A stretch of 64,000 nucleotides of DNA from Vulcanimicrobiota bacterium (GCA_963812135.1 CAWETU010000001.1:1152001-1216000), one strand, 5' to 3'. Positions 10,001-21,675 are shown, counted from the first letter of the stretch. Notes: generated by a model not told the origin, from the letters alone. Numbers and translations: made by a program.

Positions 10001-12400
10001 CGGAAGGCGTTTCGTACTCGGCTGAAAAGCTCGCCGTCAGCGGCGCAGGAGACGACCAATTGCAGCGCCTCGCCCGCAGCGAGGCGCTTGCGCTTTCTGC
10101 CTCGGAACTCCGCGACATCGCGCAGCGCATCGGCCGCGATCCGACGCGCGCCGAGGCGCACGCATTTGCGATCCAGTGGAGCGAGCACTGCTCGTACAAG
10201 AGCAGCCGTCCTTTGTTGAAGCGGCTCCCCACGCGCAGCGCCGACGTGCTCGTCGGCGTCGGTGAGGACGCCGGCATCTTGCGCGCGGGCACTGTCGACG
10301 GCGTCGAGTATGGCGTCGTGGTCGCACACGAAAGCCACAACCATCCCTCCCAGGTCGTGCCGTTCGAGGGCGCGGCGACGGGCGTCGGCGGCATTCTGCG
10401 CGACGTGCTGTGCATGGGCGCGGAGGTCGTGGCCAGCGCGGATCCGCTGCGCTTCGGGCCGATCGCGGCGGGTTCGCATGCGGCGTATGTCGCGGCCGCG
10501 GCGGTCGATGGGATTTCTGCGTACGGCAATGCGGTCGGCGTGCCGAACATCGCCGGCGACGTCTACTTCCACGAGTCGTTCGCCGAGAATTGCCTGGTCA
10601 ACGTCGTCGCGGTCGGCACCGTGCGGGCCGATCGCATCATCCACAGCCGCGTGCCGCCCGACGGCGCCGGCTACGATCTCGTACTGGTGGGCAAGGCGAC
10701 TGATGCATCGGGCTTCGGAGGTGCCGCGTTCGCATCGCTCGTACTTGACGCGTCGCTCGCACAGGCGAACAAGAGCGCCGTGCAAGTGCCCGACCCCTTT
10801 CTCAAGAGCGTGATCATGCGCGCGAGCTATGCGGTTTTCGAAGAGGTACGTGCGCGCGGACTCCAGGTCGGCTACAAGGATCTGGGCGCAGGCGGCATCA
10901 TGGGCAGCTCGTGTGAGATTAGCGCCGCGGGTGGTTTCGGTGCCCAGATCGACATCGACGCGGTGCCGCAAGCAATCGCCGGCTTGCCGCCATTCGTGCT
11001 CGCGTGTGCCGAGACCCAAGAGCGCATGCTCTGGGCCGTGCCCCCGACGTTCACGCCGACGCTGTTGAAGATCTACAACGAACAGTTCACGTTGCCGGAA
11101 GTGTCTTCGAACGCTCGCGCCGCGGTGATCGGCAAAGTCACCGCTGAGAAGCGGTATGTCGTCCGCTCGGCCGGCGAGGCCGTCATCGACGTGCCGATCG
11201 ACGTGTTGGCCGGTCCGATCGTTGTGCAACGCACTGCGGCGCCTGAAAGTAGCGGCCGAGTTTACGCGGCTGGTTCCAGTGAAGGTAGCGGTCGAATTCA
11301 TTCGACCGGTCGAGCAAGCTCGACCGGTACGACCCTCTTGGAGGTGCTCGCTCATCCCGACGTCTGCAGCCGGCGGCCGCTCATCGAGCATTACGACCGC
11401 TTCGTGCGCGGGGCGACCGTCATCCCATCCGGTTACGCCGACGCCGGCGTCTTCATCATCAAGCGCGGCGCGCGCGCCGGCATCGCGCTTTCGGTCGATG
11501 GCAATCCACGCTATGGCGCGCTCTCAGCCAGACTCGCCGCCGCGCACGCCGTGGTCGAGTCAGCTCGCAACGTCGCTGCCGTCGGGGCGCAACCGATCGG
11601 CCTCACCGATTGCCTCAACTACGGGAATCCCGAAGATCCCGTGGCGTACCGCCAGCTCGTCGACGGCATCGAAGGACTTGCAGAAGCCGCCAACGCGCTG
11701 CAGCTCAACGAGGCCGGCGAGCCGCTACCATTTGTGAGCGGCAACGTCAGCTTATACAACGAGTCGGCGGCGGGCGCATCCATCGCACCGTCGGCGATTG
11801 TCGCATGCGTCGGGCGCGTGGACGACATCGGTAAGGTCGTGACCATGAAGCTGACAGGCGCCGGTAAGCACTTGTTCCTGTTCGGGCGGCGCACGCCGAA
11901 TCTAGCAGGCTCAATCCTCGAAGCGCTGGGGCGCGCGACATCGGGCGCGGACGAGTTGCCGCCGCTCGACTATGCTGAAGCAAACGCATCGATCCGGGCG
12001 GTCGTCACCGGCATCCGGCGCGGCGCCATTAGTGCAGCGCACGATATCTCGGACGGCGGTCTGCTCGCGTGCGTCGCGGAGATGTGCCTGGGCGGCGACG
12101 CCGATGGGACGATCGGCGCGCATATCGATGATCCGGGCGAATGGGCGCCCGGCTTGCCGCCTGATGCGGCGCTCTTCGGCGAGACGCCAGGGTTTGTGGT
12201 CGAGGTCGCCGCTCGATCAGCTAGCGGCATTCCACGAGATATGCAAGAGCGTTGGTGCGGACGCGATGCTCATCGGCGCGATCGGCGGCGCTCGCATCAT
12301 CGTCGAGGGGGCCGAATGCGACGTCGCGCTCAGCGACGCGGCAAACGCCTGGAGCGCGACGCTTGAGGGAGCTCTATGCCTGACCCAAAAGTCGCTGTGA
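9997..12400 (+). CDS. purL: FGAM synthase subunit PurL, one +1 frameshift near 12210
   Basis: WSEHCSYKSS, ESHNHPS, DLGAGG, SGNVSLYNE, HDISDGG; the plausible C-terminus (DQLAAFHEI...AWSATL) lies in the frame of ORF 11972..12400. Confidence 0.93.
11249..11330. repeat. Three GTAG-type REP-like palindromes inside purL
   Basis: GTAGCGGCCGAGTTTACGCGGCTG 11249-11272; GTAGCGGTCGAATTCATTCGACCG 11285-11308; inverted copy 11307-11330; matches the intergenic copy at 47611-47634. Confidence 0.75.
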
Positions 12401-13116
12401 TCGTGTTCCCGGGCACCAACTCGGAAGTGGAGACGGTCGATGCGTGCCGCGACGCGGGCATGGACGCCCGCTTGTTCTGGTGGTCCGAAGACCCCGAGAC
12501 GCTACGGGATTTCGATGCGTACGTCATCGCAGGCGGCTTCGCGCACGAGGACCGCGTGCGCGCTGGGGCCATCGCCGCGAAGAGCCCGATCGTCGCCGTT
12601 ATAAAGGAAGAAGCTGAGAAGGGCAAGCTCGTGCTGGGGCTGTGCAACGGCGCACAGGTGCTGGCCGAGGCGGGCATGCTCGGCGAAGTCGCGCTAGCCC
12701 ACAATCTGCCGGCGCATCATTTTCAGGGGCTCATGGTTGACGTGGTCGTCGACCGGGAGCCGCAGCGCTGCGCGTTCACGCAAGCCATGGCTCCTGGCAC
12801 ATCCATGACGATGGCGCTTGCGCACGGCGAGGGCCGCTTCACCGGCGCGCCCGAGGTCTTCGAAGATCTCGAAGAACATAGCCGCATCGTCCTGCGCTAC
12901 GCCAGCCGCTCGCCCAATGGCGCCGAGCATAGCGCTGCGGGCATCTGCAATGAACGAGGCAACGTGCTCGCGCTCATGCCGCACCCGGAACGTGCGGCGT
13001 GGAACCTCAACGTCGCGTACGCGAAGCCCGAGCTGCGAGCGGGCGATCCAAATACACCCGCCGGCGCGCACGCGATCTTCGCGAGCATGGCGGAGGCGCT
13101 GCGCGAATCCCTATGA
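12376..13116 (+). CDS. purQ: FGAM synthase glutaminase subunit
   Basis: VFPGTNSE, GGFAHED, LGLCNGAQ, AHGEG, LMPHPER. Confidence 0.95.
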   Translation: MPDPKVAVIVFPGTNSEVETVDACRDAGMDARLFWWSEDPETLRDFDAYVIAGGFAHEDRVRAGAIAAKSPIVAVIKEEAEKGKLVLGLCNGAQVLAEAGMLGEVALAHNLPAHHFQGLMVDVVVDREPQRCAFTQAMAPGTSMTMALAHGEGRFTGAPEVFEDLEEHSRIVLRYASRSPNGAEHSAAGICNERGNVLALMPHPERAAWNLNVAYAKPELRAGDPNTPAGAHAIFASMAEALRESL

Positions 13117-13685
13117 AGACCACGGCGCCGGTTTGGTATACAATCGGCGCGCTGGTGATCATCGTCGGCATGACGGCCAGCGTTATCGGCGTCATCAATG
13201 ACTTCCGCACGCTTGAGACAGCATTTGTCAGATTTGTCGCGCCAGGTCAGAGCACGCTCGACCTCACCAAGCCCGGTCTGCACGAGATCTATTACGAGTA
13301 TCGCAGCGTCGTGAACGGCGAGATATTCGACACGGCGGAGACAACCGACATCAAATGCACGATCAAAGGTCGCGACGGCCGCTTGCTGGAGATCTCGTCA
13401 GCGGGCCTGACCGCCGAATACGATTTCGGCGGCCACGCGGGTAAAGCAGTGGCGCAGTTCTCGGTGCCGGCGCCGGGTTCGTACGTGATCGATTGCCGCC
13501 ATCCCGACGGGAAGGGCGAACGCATCGCGCTTGCGATCGCTCCACTCGTCGCAGCAGATTTCTTCATCTCGCTGCTCAAATGGCTTGCGGTTGCGTTCGC
13601 CAGCATCGGCATCGGCTTGGTCATCCTCATCGTGACCCTGGTGCGACGCGCAGTCCCAACGCGCCCGGTCCCGCCGCTGGCATGA
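13113..13685 (+). CDS. Hypothetical membrane protein (N- and C-terminal TM helices)
   Basis: Overlaps purQ stop and the next start; hydrophobic ends. Confidence 0.7.
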   Translation: MKTTAPVWYTIGALVIIVGMTASVIGVINDFRTLETAFVRFVAPGQSTLDLTKPGLHEIYYEYRSVVNGEIFDTAETTDIKCTIKGRDGRLLEISSAGLTAEYDFGGHAGKAVAQFSVPAPGSYVIDCRHPDGKGERIALAIAPLVAADFFISLLKWLAVAFASIGIGLVILIVTLVRRAVPTRPVPPLA

Positions 13686-14209
13686 TCGAGTTGGAGATCG
13701 CGATCGATCTGATCGTGCCGGACAATACGGCATACACCGTGTTGGTCGCGCTCCGCCAGCTCGGCTACAAGGAACTCGAGCGCGTCGAGCGGTCGGAGAT
13801 CGTGGTGCTGGGGCTTGACGCCGCTCCGAGCGACGTCGAGCGCATCGTGGCGCGCATCGCCCATGCGGAGATACTCTTCAATCCCAACAAGCACCGCATG
13901 AGCTACGTCCTTGCCGCAAGCCGATCGGACGAAGGCAAAGCGGACGGCGCGCAGTGGGAAGCGCTCGTCACCGATCGGGACGATAACACGTCCGCCCTGG
14001 TGAAGCTGCTGGCCGGCCCGTTCGGTTTGCGCGAATTGCGGTCGCTGTCGCGTGGCGTCGCGTGGCGGCTCTACGAAAAAGGTGGCGATGCGCCGCGCGA
14101 GCGCGTCGAATGGGCGTGCCGCGAACTGCTGGCCAATCCATACTCGCAACGTTTTCGCGTGCGACCAAACATCGCGCGAACGGCGGCGGGAATCGGCGCA
14201 GTGGAGTAG
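13682..14209 (+). CDS. purS: PurS-like protein with two tandem PurS domains
   Basis: Two repeats ending ILFNPNKH and LLANPYSQ (PurS LxNP motif); located near purL/purQ. Confidence 0.65.
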   Translation: MIELEIAIDLIVPDNTAYTVLVALRQLGYKELERVERSEIVVLGLDAAPSDVERIVARIAHAEILFNPNKHRMSYVLAASRSDEGKADGAQWEALVTDRDDNTSALVKLLAGPFGLRELRSLSRGVAWRLYEKGGDAPRERVEWACRELLANPYSQRFRVRPNIARTAAGIGAVE

Positions 14210-14226
14210 AAGTAGAACAGGCAAGA

Positions 14227-15342
14227 ATGGCACGCAAATCGTCCGCGCAACTCCCCGAGCTGTACACCATCGCCACGCTCGGCAGCCACTCCGCGCTGCA
14301 GATCCTCAAGGGAGCCAAGGACGAAGGCTTCCATACGCTCGCAGTCACCACGCCCCAGAACGAAAGTCTCTACGCGAGCTTCGGCTTCGTCGACGAAGTC
14401 ATGGTGATCCCGCGGTATAGCGATTTTCCCAAAGTCGAAAAAGAGCTCAACAAACGCAAGATCGTGCTCGTGCCGCACGGCTCGTTCGTGGCGTATCTGT
14501 CCCTCGAAGAGCACAAGGCCATGACGACGCCGTACTTCGGCAACAAGGCCGTGCTCGACGTTGAAGCCGATCGCATGCGCCAACGCGAGTGGCTGCTCGC
14601 AGCGGGCCTCAAGATGCCGCGCCAATTCACCAAGGCGAGCGACATCGACCGCCCCGTAATCGTCAAGTTGTACGGCGCGCAAGGCGGCAAGGGATATCTG
14701 TTCGTCAAGAATGCCGAAGATTTCCATAAACGCGCGGCGCATCTCGTCGAGCAGAAGCACATCATGCAGGAGTACGTCATCGGCGTGCCCGTGTACATCC
14801 ATTACTTCTACTCGCCGCTCACCGGCAAGCTCGAGATTATGTCGATGGATCGGCGCTACGAGAGCAACGTCGATTCGCTCGGTCGCATTCCGTCCGCGAG
14901 TCAAGAGGGCTGGGATATCCAGCCGAGTTACGTCGTCATCGGCAACCAGCCGATCAGTCTGCGCGAATCGCTGCTCGCCGAAGCGTTCCACATGGGCGAA
15001 GCGGTCGTGCGCGTGAGCCGCGAGCTGTGCCCGGAGCGCGGTTTGTTCGGCGCGTTTTGCCTCGAGACGATCGTCACGCCCGAAGCTGAGTTCTTCTTGA
15101 TGGAGATTTCCGCGCGCATCGTTGCCGGCACAAATCTGTTCATCGACGGTTCGCCGTATTCGTATCTGAACTACACCGAGCCGATGTCGACCGGTCGGCG
15201 CATCGCGCGCGAGATCAAAAACGCACTGTTGTCGAACAGCTTGTCGCTCGTGCTCGATCAGTCGAGCAGGCTGCGAGTCGAGGAAGCCAATGGCATACCG
15301 CCGTTGGCGCGCATTCCGGGACCCGGAGTCCCGGCGAATTGA
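14227..15342 (+). CDS. purP: Formate-dependent AICAR transformylase PurP (ATP-grasp, archaeal type)
   Basis: IATLGSHSALQILKGAKDEGF, VPHGSF, GGKGY, DRRYESN, EISARIVAGTN. Confidence 0.9.
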   Translation: MARKSSAQLPELYTIATLGSHSALQILKGAKDEGFHTLAVTTPQNESLYASFGFVDEVMVIPRYSDFPKVEKELNKRKIVLVPHGSFVAYLSLEEHKAMTTPYFGNKAVLDVEADRMRQREWLLAAGLKMPRQFTKASDIDRPVIVKLYGAQGGKGYLFVKNAEDFHKRAAHLVEQKHIMQEYVIGVPVYIHYFYSPLTGKLEIMSMDRRYESNVDSLGRIPSASQEGWDIQPSYVVIGNQPISLRESLLAEAFHMGEAVVRVSRELCPERGLFGAFCLETIVTPEAEFFLMEISARIVAGTNLFIDGSPYSYLNYTEPMSTGRRIAREIKNALLSNSLSLVLDQSSRLRVEEANGIPPLARIPGPGVPAN

Positions 15343-16472
15343 CGGCGGGCGTCGACGACGTCCTCGCCGGTTACAACCACGACAATCTGACGCTCTGCTG
15401 CATCGGCAGCCATTCCGCGCTGGACGTGTGTTTGGGCGCGAAGCGCGAGCATCTGCGCAATCTCGTCGTCACCGTGAAGGGGCGCGAGCGGACGTACGCC
15501 GTTTATTACGCCTCACGCGCCGACGGCGCGGGTTGCGTCGACGAAACGTTAATGGTGGGCCATTTCGCGGATGTCGTCTTAGAGAGCGTACAGGCCGAGC
15601 TGCTGCGACGCAATTGCATCTTCGTCCCCAACCGTTCGTTCGAGGTGTACGCGCGCCAGCGTCATTCGTATGAGGAGATCGAGCGCGGCATGCGCGTGCC
15701 GTTTTTCGGATCTCGCTACCTGCTGCGCGCCGAGGAGCGCGACGAGCCCGACAACCAGTACCGGCTGCTCGAAGCGGCCGGTCTTCGCTTTCCGCGCCGT
15801 CTGAAGTCGCCGGACGAGATCGACGGCCTCACGCTGATCAAAGCGCCGCACGCCAAGGTGACGTTCGAGCGCGCGTTTTTTGTCGCGGCGTCACCCGAGC
15901 AATACAAACGCCGGTCTGAGACGCTGCTGCGTGCCGGCGTGATCAGCGAAGCCGGCCTTGCCGGCGCGGTTCTCGAGGAGTACGTCCTTGGGCCGACGGT
16001 CAACCTGAATTTCTTCTATTCGCCGATCCTCGACGAGCTCGAACTGCTCGGGACCGATACTCGCCGACAGACCAACATCGACGGCGCGCGTGCGTTGCTG
16101 GCCATCGAGCAGGCGTCGCTCGGCGGCGCGTTCATGCCTTCAATGGAAGAAGCTGGCCACATCGCTGCGACGCTTACCGAATCGATGCTCGAACAAGCCT
16201 TCGACATAGGCGAGCGCTTCGTGAAAGCCGCCCGTGCGGCGCGCGCTCCGGGTATCATCGGGCCCTTTGCGTTGCAATGCGTCGTGGCGGCCGGACCGCC
16301 CAAGTCGTTCGTTGTGTACGACGTCAGTTTACGTATCCCGGGATCGCCAGGCACGAAGTACACGCCGTACTCGGCGTATCGCTGGGGACGCGAGATCTCG
16401 GTGGGCGAGCGCATCGCAAAGGAAGTCGTCATGGCACGCGACGCAAAACGTCTCAAAGAGGTTCTCACCTGA
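15339..16472 (+). CDS. Second PurP-like ATP-grasp protein (DUF1246/DUF1297)
   Basis: IGSHSALDV, FVPNRSF, FERAFF, DTRRQTNIDG, GPFALQ, DVSLRIPGSPG. Confidence 0.85.
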   Translation: MTAGVDDVLAGYNHDNLTLCCIGSHSALDVCLGAKREHLRNLVVTVKGRERTYAVYYASRADGAGCVDETLMVGHFADVVLESVQAELLRRNCIFVPNRSFEVYARQRHSYEEIERGMRVPFFGSRYLLRAEERDEPDNQYRLLEAAGLRFPRRLKSPDEIDGLTLIKAPHAKVTFERAFFVAASPEQYKRRSETLLRAGVISEAGLAGAVLEEYVLGPTVNLNFFYSPILDELELLGTDTRRQTNIDGARALLAIEQASLGGAFMPSMEEAGHIAATLTESMLEQAFDIGERFVKAARAARAPGIIGPFALQCVVAAGPPKSFVVYDVSLRIPGSPGTKYTPYSAYRWGREISVGERIAKEVVMARDAKRLKEVLT

Positions 16473-16493
16473 AATCAGGAATAATGTGATGCG

Positions 16494-18076
16494 ATGAAGC
16501 CTTCACCCGTTGTCGAGCAGTCGGTACCGCAACAGCCCGCGCAGGAAACCGTCGTCATCCTCGACTTTGGCGCGCAATACAGCCAGCTCATCGCCAGGCG
16601 CGTGCGCGAAGAGCACGTCTACTCCGAGGTCCTGCCCTACGATACGCCATGGCCGGAAGTCGAAAAGCGGAATCCGAGCGCGTTCATCCTCACTGGCGGG
16701 CCTGAGAGCGTGGTGGCGCCGGATGCGCCGCACCTGCCGCCGCAGTTGCTGGAAGCCGGCAAACCGATACTCGGCATCTGTTACGGGTTGCAAGACCTCG
16801 TACGCGCGCTCGGCGGCACGGTCGTTCCCGGTGAGACCCGCGAATTCGGCAAAGCCGAGCTGGTCGTCGACGCCGTGCATTCACCGCTGCTCGACGGACT
16901 GCCGACCCACTCGCAAGCGTGGATGAGCCACGGCGATACCGTGACCGAACTCCCTGCGGGGTTCCACTCGCTGGCGCACACCGGCAGCATGCGCTCAAGC
17001 TGCCGTCGGCGATCCGAGCAAGCGGTGGTATGGGGTCCAGTTCCATCCTGAAGTCAAGCACACCGAAGCATGGCAAGCGCGTCTTGCACAATTTCTTGCG
17101 CAACGTGGCGGGCATCTCCGAAAAGTGGGAGATGTCATCGTTCATCGAGCGCAGCGTCGAGCAGATCCGTGCCCAGGTCGGCGACGCGAAGGCGGTCTGC
17201 GGCCTTTCAGGCGGCGTGGACAGCGCGGTCGCGGCCACGCTGGTCGCGCGGGCGATCGGCGATCGCCTGACCTGTATCTTCGTCGATCACGGCTTGCTGC
17301 GCCAGGATGAGGCTGCCCAAGTCGTCGAGGCGTTCCGCGAGGTGCTGCATCTGAATCTCGTGCACGTCGATGCGAGCGATCGGTTCCTCACCGCGCTCGC
17401 CGGCGTCAGCGACCCCGAGGAGAAGCGCCGGATCATCGGCCGCGAGTTCATCGCAGTGTTCGAAGAAGAAGCGCAAAAAATCGCAGGCGTCGAGTTCCTG
17501 GTCCAGGGAACGCTCTATCCGGACGTCATCGAAAGCAAGACGCCGCAGAGCAAAGCCGGCGCTAAGATCAAGACGCATCACAACGTCGGCGGCCTGCCGG
17601 CCACGATGGCGCTCGGTCTGGTCGAGCCCTTGCGATCGCTGTTCAAAGATGAAGTGCGCGAGCTCGGCCGCGAGCTCGGATTGCCCGAACCCATCGTCAA
17701 TCGGCAGCCGTTCCCCGGTCCGGGTTTAGCGGTGCGTGTGTTGGGCGCCGTTACGAAAGACCGGCTGGACATCTTGCGCCGCGCGGATGCGATCGCGCGT
17801 GAAGAGATCGAAAAAGAGCCAGAGCATCCGTGGCAATACTTCGCGGTGCTCACGCCGCTGCAAAGCGTCGGCGTGATGGGCGACGGCCGGACTTACGCCA
17901 ATATCGTGGCCATCCGCGCCGTGACGAGCGACGACGGCATGACCGCCGATTGGGCGCGCCTGGCGCCCGACACGCTGGCGCGCATCGCAACGCGGATCGT
18001 CAACGAAGTGCCGGGCGTGAACCGCATCGTCTACGACATCACGAGCAAGCCGCCCGCGACCATTGAGTGGGAGTGA
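16494..18076 (+). CDS. guaA: GMP synthase (glutamine-hydrolysing), two +1 frameshifts near 16983 and 17065
   Basis: [35 protein letters not shown] in a third frame; [24 protein letters not shown]. Confidence 0.93.
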
Positions 18077-19725
18077 CTTCCAGGTCCACGGGCGTCGCTC
18101 TCGCGGTGATCATGCTTGCATCGCTTGTCGCACCAGGCTGCACGAAGATATCGAACCAGACCGGTATCGGCAAGACCAATCCCTGGACGACGCCGGGCGT
18201 TCTGCGGGTCGGCATCCGCCAGGAGCCTGACAACCTCAATCCCGTGTTGAGCTCGCAGTCGATCGGGCTGGACATCGCGATGTTCTGGGCGGGTTTCTTG
18301 CTCGACTACGATGATAAAGGCCGGTTTGTGCCCGATGTCGCGGTCGCACTGCCGACCGTAGAAAACGGCGGGATCAGCAAAGACGGCCGAACGATCACGT
18401 ATCATTTGCGGACCGGCGTCACGTGGCAGGACGGCGCGCCGTTCAGCGCAGACGACGTGATATTCACCTGGCGCGCCATCATGAATCCGCGCAATGAGGT
18501 GCCGAACCGCATCGGCTTCGAAGAGATCACGTCCATCACAAAGATCGATGCGCGCACGATCGCAGTGCACTTGAGACGCCCGTACGCGCCGTTCATCGCC
18601 GATTTCTTCACGCCCGCCGGAATCAACAACTTCGTCATCTTGCCGAGCCACTTGCTTGCGCGCTATCCGGACATCAATCGCACGCCGTTCAACCGGTTGC
18701 CAGTCGGCCTCGGCCCGTACCGCGTGGAGCACTACGATCCTGACAGTCTCATCCACTTGGTTGCGAATCCGAAATACTGGCGCGGCGTGCCCGGTTTGCG
18801 AGAGATCGACATCCACATCGTCCCTAACGACAACACGCTCGCGACCATGATCCGCAGCCATGAGATCGACCTCTACTATCGCGTGCCGCACAAGATCAGC
18901 CGAGAACTGCAAGGGCTGCAGGGCACGGCGATCGTCAGCGCCTGGTTCACTCGTTACACCGACATCGGCTTCAACACGACGAGCCCGATCTTGTCGGACG
19001 TCCGCGTACGTCGAGCGCTTGCATACGCGACCGACAAAACGGCGATCATCCAAAAAGTGACCTTTGGCGCGGACGTGCCGGCCGACAGCGACCAGCCGTC
19101 TTCGTTGTGGGCGCACAGCGCGTCCGTGCCGATCTATCACTACGATCCCGCGCGGGCAGCGACGCTGCTCGAATCCGCGGGCTGGCGTGTCGGACCAGAT
19201 GGCGTTCGTGAGAAGGCCGGTATGCGTCTGCAGATCGGGCTCGCGGGCGTGGCGGGCGACTCGGTCTCCACGGCGACGCGCGAGGTGTTACAGGACCAAT
19301 GGCGTCAGGTGGGCGTGGATGCGCAGATCAAATCCTATCCGTCAAGCGTGCTCTTCGCGCCGTCAAGCGCCGGAGGCATCGAACGGGCCGGACGCTTCGA
19401 TGCGGTCATGCACAGCTGGGCGAATGGCGCTGATCCGGACGATTCGGACCTCTTCGAATGCCGTTGGATAGCGCCCGCCGGCGACAACGTCTACCGTTTT
19501 TGCGATCCGGCCGTTGATGCCGCAGAGCACGCCGCGCTCGCCAGCAATGACATCGCCGTCAGAAAAGCCGCCTATGTGCGGATCCAGGACATCGTGGCGA
19601 CGCAGGTGCCACTGCTCATGCTGTGGTTCGATCGCTATGATTACGCGGTGAACTCAGATTTGCGAGGCTTCACGCCCGCGCACGTCGGCTCTCCGTTTTG
19701 GAACACCTGGCAGTGGCAGATCTAA
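18073..19725 (+). CDS. Peptide ABC transporter substrate-binding lipoprotein (family 5)
   Basis: Lipobox-like [40 protein letters not shown]. Confidence 0.88.
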   Translation: MTSRSTGVALAVIMLASLVAPGCTKISNQTGIGKTNPWTTPGVLRVGIRQEPDNLNPVLSSQSIGLDIAMFWAGFLLDYDDKGRFVPDVAVALPTVENGGISKDGRTITYHLRTGVTWQDGAPFSADDVIFTWRAIMNPRNEVPNRIGFEEITSITKIDARTIAVHLRRPYAPFIADFFTPAGINNFVILPSHLLARYPDINRTPFNRLPVGLGPYRVEHYDPDSLIHLVANPKYWRGVPGLREIDIHIVPNDNTLATMIRSHEIDLYYRVPHKISRELQGLQGTAIVSAWFTRYTDIGFNTTSPILSDVRVRRALAYATDKTAIIQKVTFGADVPADSDQPSSLWAHSASVPIYHYDPARAATLLESAGWRVGPDGVREKAGMRLQIGLAGVAGDSVSTATREVLQDQWRQVGVDAQIKSYPSSVLFAPSSAGGIERAGRFDAVMHSWANGADPDDSDLFECRWIAPAGDNVYRFCDPAVDAAEHAALASNDIAVRKAAYVRIQDIVATQVPLLMLWFDRYDYAVNSDLRGFTPAHVGSPFWNTWQWQI

Positions 19726-19744
19726 GCGCGCTTCGCGGGTTCCG

Positions 19745-20323
19745 CTAAGCTGACTTCCCGCTGTTCGCCGATTCTTGCTGATCGATCGCGAGCCAGCGAT
19801 CGGGCGGCGCGATGCGGGGCAAGTTCTTCGGGTAGACGCTCTGGTTGCGCTTGAGGTAGCGCACGCTCAAGAGGGCGAGGTATTCGAAGTTCTCAAGGAG
19901 TTCGGGCCCGCGCGAACGCCGCATTACGACAATGGTGTCGGCCATGTTGTCCCACACGCCTTGGATGACGGGTGCCCACAGGTCGCAGACCATGTCGGCA
20001 TCAAGTATGCCGCGATTGACGTAGAATCCGAACAACTCGTAGAGACGCCCGACGCGATGAATCGGGTAGAACTCCTCCGGCAACGCGTCGCTTTCGAGCA
20101 AGGCGCGGAACTCGCGATCGCCGACCTTGGACGGCAGCGCGTAGATGAACTCCATTGCCGCGCGGAATTCTGGATCTTCCGTCGCGATGCGAAAGTCATT
20201 GAGGATCGCGATTTGGTTGCTCGAGCGCAGATGGTAGAGCTGGATGACGGCGGCGATCGCGGTCGCGGTGATCACGACGAACGTGCCAACGGAGGCGATC
20301 GTGCTCCAAAGCTCGAGGCTCAT
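19745..20323 (-). CDS. DUF4760-like membrane-anchored protein
   Basis: N-terminal TM; YELFGFYVNRGILD...ENFEYLA pattern. Confidence 0.6.
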   Translation of the reverse strand: MSLELWSTIASVGTFVVITATAIAAVIQLYHLRSSNQIAILNDFRIATEDPEFRAAMEFIYALPSKVGDREFRALLESDALPEEFYPIHRVGRLYELFGFYVNRGILDADMVCDLWAPVIQGVWDNMADTIVVMRRSRGPELLENFEYLALLSVRYLKRNQSVYPKNLPRIAPPDRWLAIDQQESANSGKSA

Positions 20324-20361
20324 GAGAGGTCAGTTCGCGCCGCAGCCATAACCGCCTCGTC

Positions 20362-21643
20362 GTGAACGTTCTTGTCGTTGGATCGGGCGCGCGCGAGCAC
20401 GCGCTCGCGTGGAAGATTGCCAAAGCGCCGCAGGTGAGCGAGCTGCACGCTGCGCCCGGCAACGCCGGCACGGCGCAGCTCGGCACGAACTGGTCCGAGA
20501 TCTCGGCCACCGATACCCACGGAATCGTCGCGCGCGCAAAAGAGTCGCAAATCGGTCTCGCGGTCATCGGCCCCGAAGCAGCGCTTGCCGCCGGGCGTCG
20601 CGGACGCGTTGCGGACGGCGGGCATCCCGGCGTTCGGGCCGGGCCGCGCCGGGGCGCGGCTCGAGTCGAGCAAAGCGTTCGCCAAGCAGTGGATGACGCG
20701 TTTCGGCATCCCGACCGCCGCGTTCAAAGTCGCGCACGATCGCAAGCAAGCGCTGCGCGCGCTCAACGATTGGAAAGGCGGGGTCGTCCTCAAAGCGGAC
20801 GGGCTCGCCGCCGGCAAGGGCGTCATCGTGGTCGACTCGCCGGACGCCGCGCGGCCGGTCATCGAGCAGTGGTACGATACCCGGTCGCTGCCCGGCGGCG
20901 GCACGACGCTCGTGCTCGAGGAGCGGCTTGAGGGCAAGGAAGTCTCGGTGATGGCCGTGACCAACGGAACGCAGCTCCATGTTCTCGCCCCGGCGTGCGA
21001 CTACAAGCGCGCGCTCGACGGCGACGAAGGGCCGAACACCGGGGGCATGGGGGCCTACTCACCCGCCGCGGACGTGGTCGACGACGCGATGAACGCCCGT
21101 ATCAACCGGGACGTCATCGAGCGGGTGCGCCAAGGAATGGCACGCGACGGCATGGACTATCGCGGTTGCATCTACGCCGGCTTGATGATCACCAAACGCG
21201 GTCCGTACGTGCTCGAATTCAACGCCCGTTTCGGCGATCCGGAAACGCAAGTGGTCCTTCCGCGCCTCGAATCCGACCTCTTCGAACTCCTTAACGCGGT
21301 CGCGAACGGGACCGACGTGCCGGCGCCGGCGTTCTCACGTGACGCGTGCGTCGGCGTGGTGATGGTCAGCGAGCGCTACCCGGAGCGCTCCGAACCTGTG
21401 GATAACCTGCCAGTGCCGCCGGAGATGGACGACATCGCCTGGTTTTGGGGAGGGTCGACGCTCGCGGATGGGAAGGTCCGCGCCGCCGGCGGGCGCGTGC
21501 TCACGGCCACCGCGCGCGGTGCAAGCATCGCGCAGGCGCGCGAGCGGGCGTACGCAGCTTGCTCGGCATACGCCGCGCTCTCGCCGCCGACCGCTCGACT
21601 GCGCTATCGCAGCGACATCGCGCAACGAGCCGCCGACGGGTGA
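20362..21643 (+). CDS. purD: Phosphoribosylamine-glycine ligase, +1 frameshift near 20593
   Basis: VLVVGSGAREHAL, APGNAG, IGPE, then LESSKAFAK, KADGLAAGKGV, GPNTGGMG, EFNARFGDPE. Confidence 0.94.
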
Positions 21644-21675
21644 GGGTGCAACGGGGTGCAGCAATTGGCGCGCTA

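Noticed and set aside
11249..11330. Mini CRISPR array
   Set aside because: Repeats are 24-nt palindromes with 0-12 nt gaps, one inverted, inside a CDS; no cas genes
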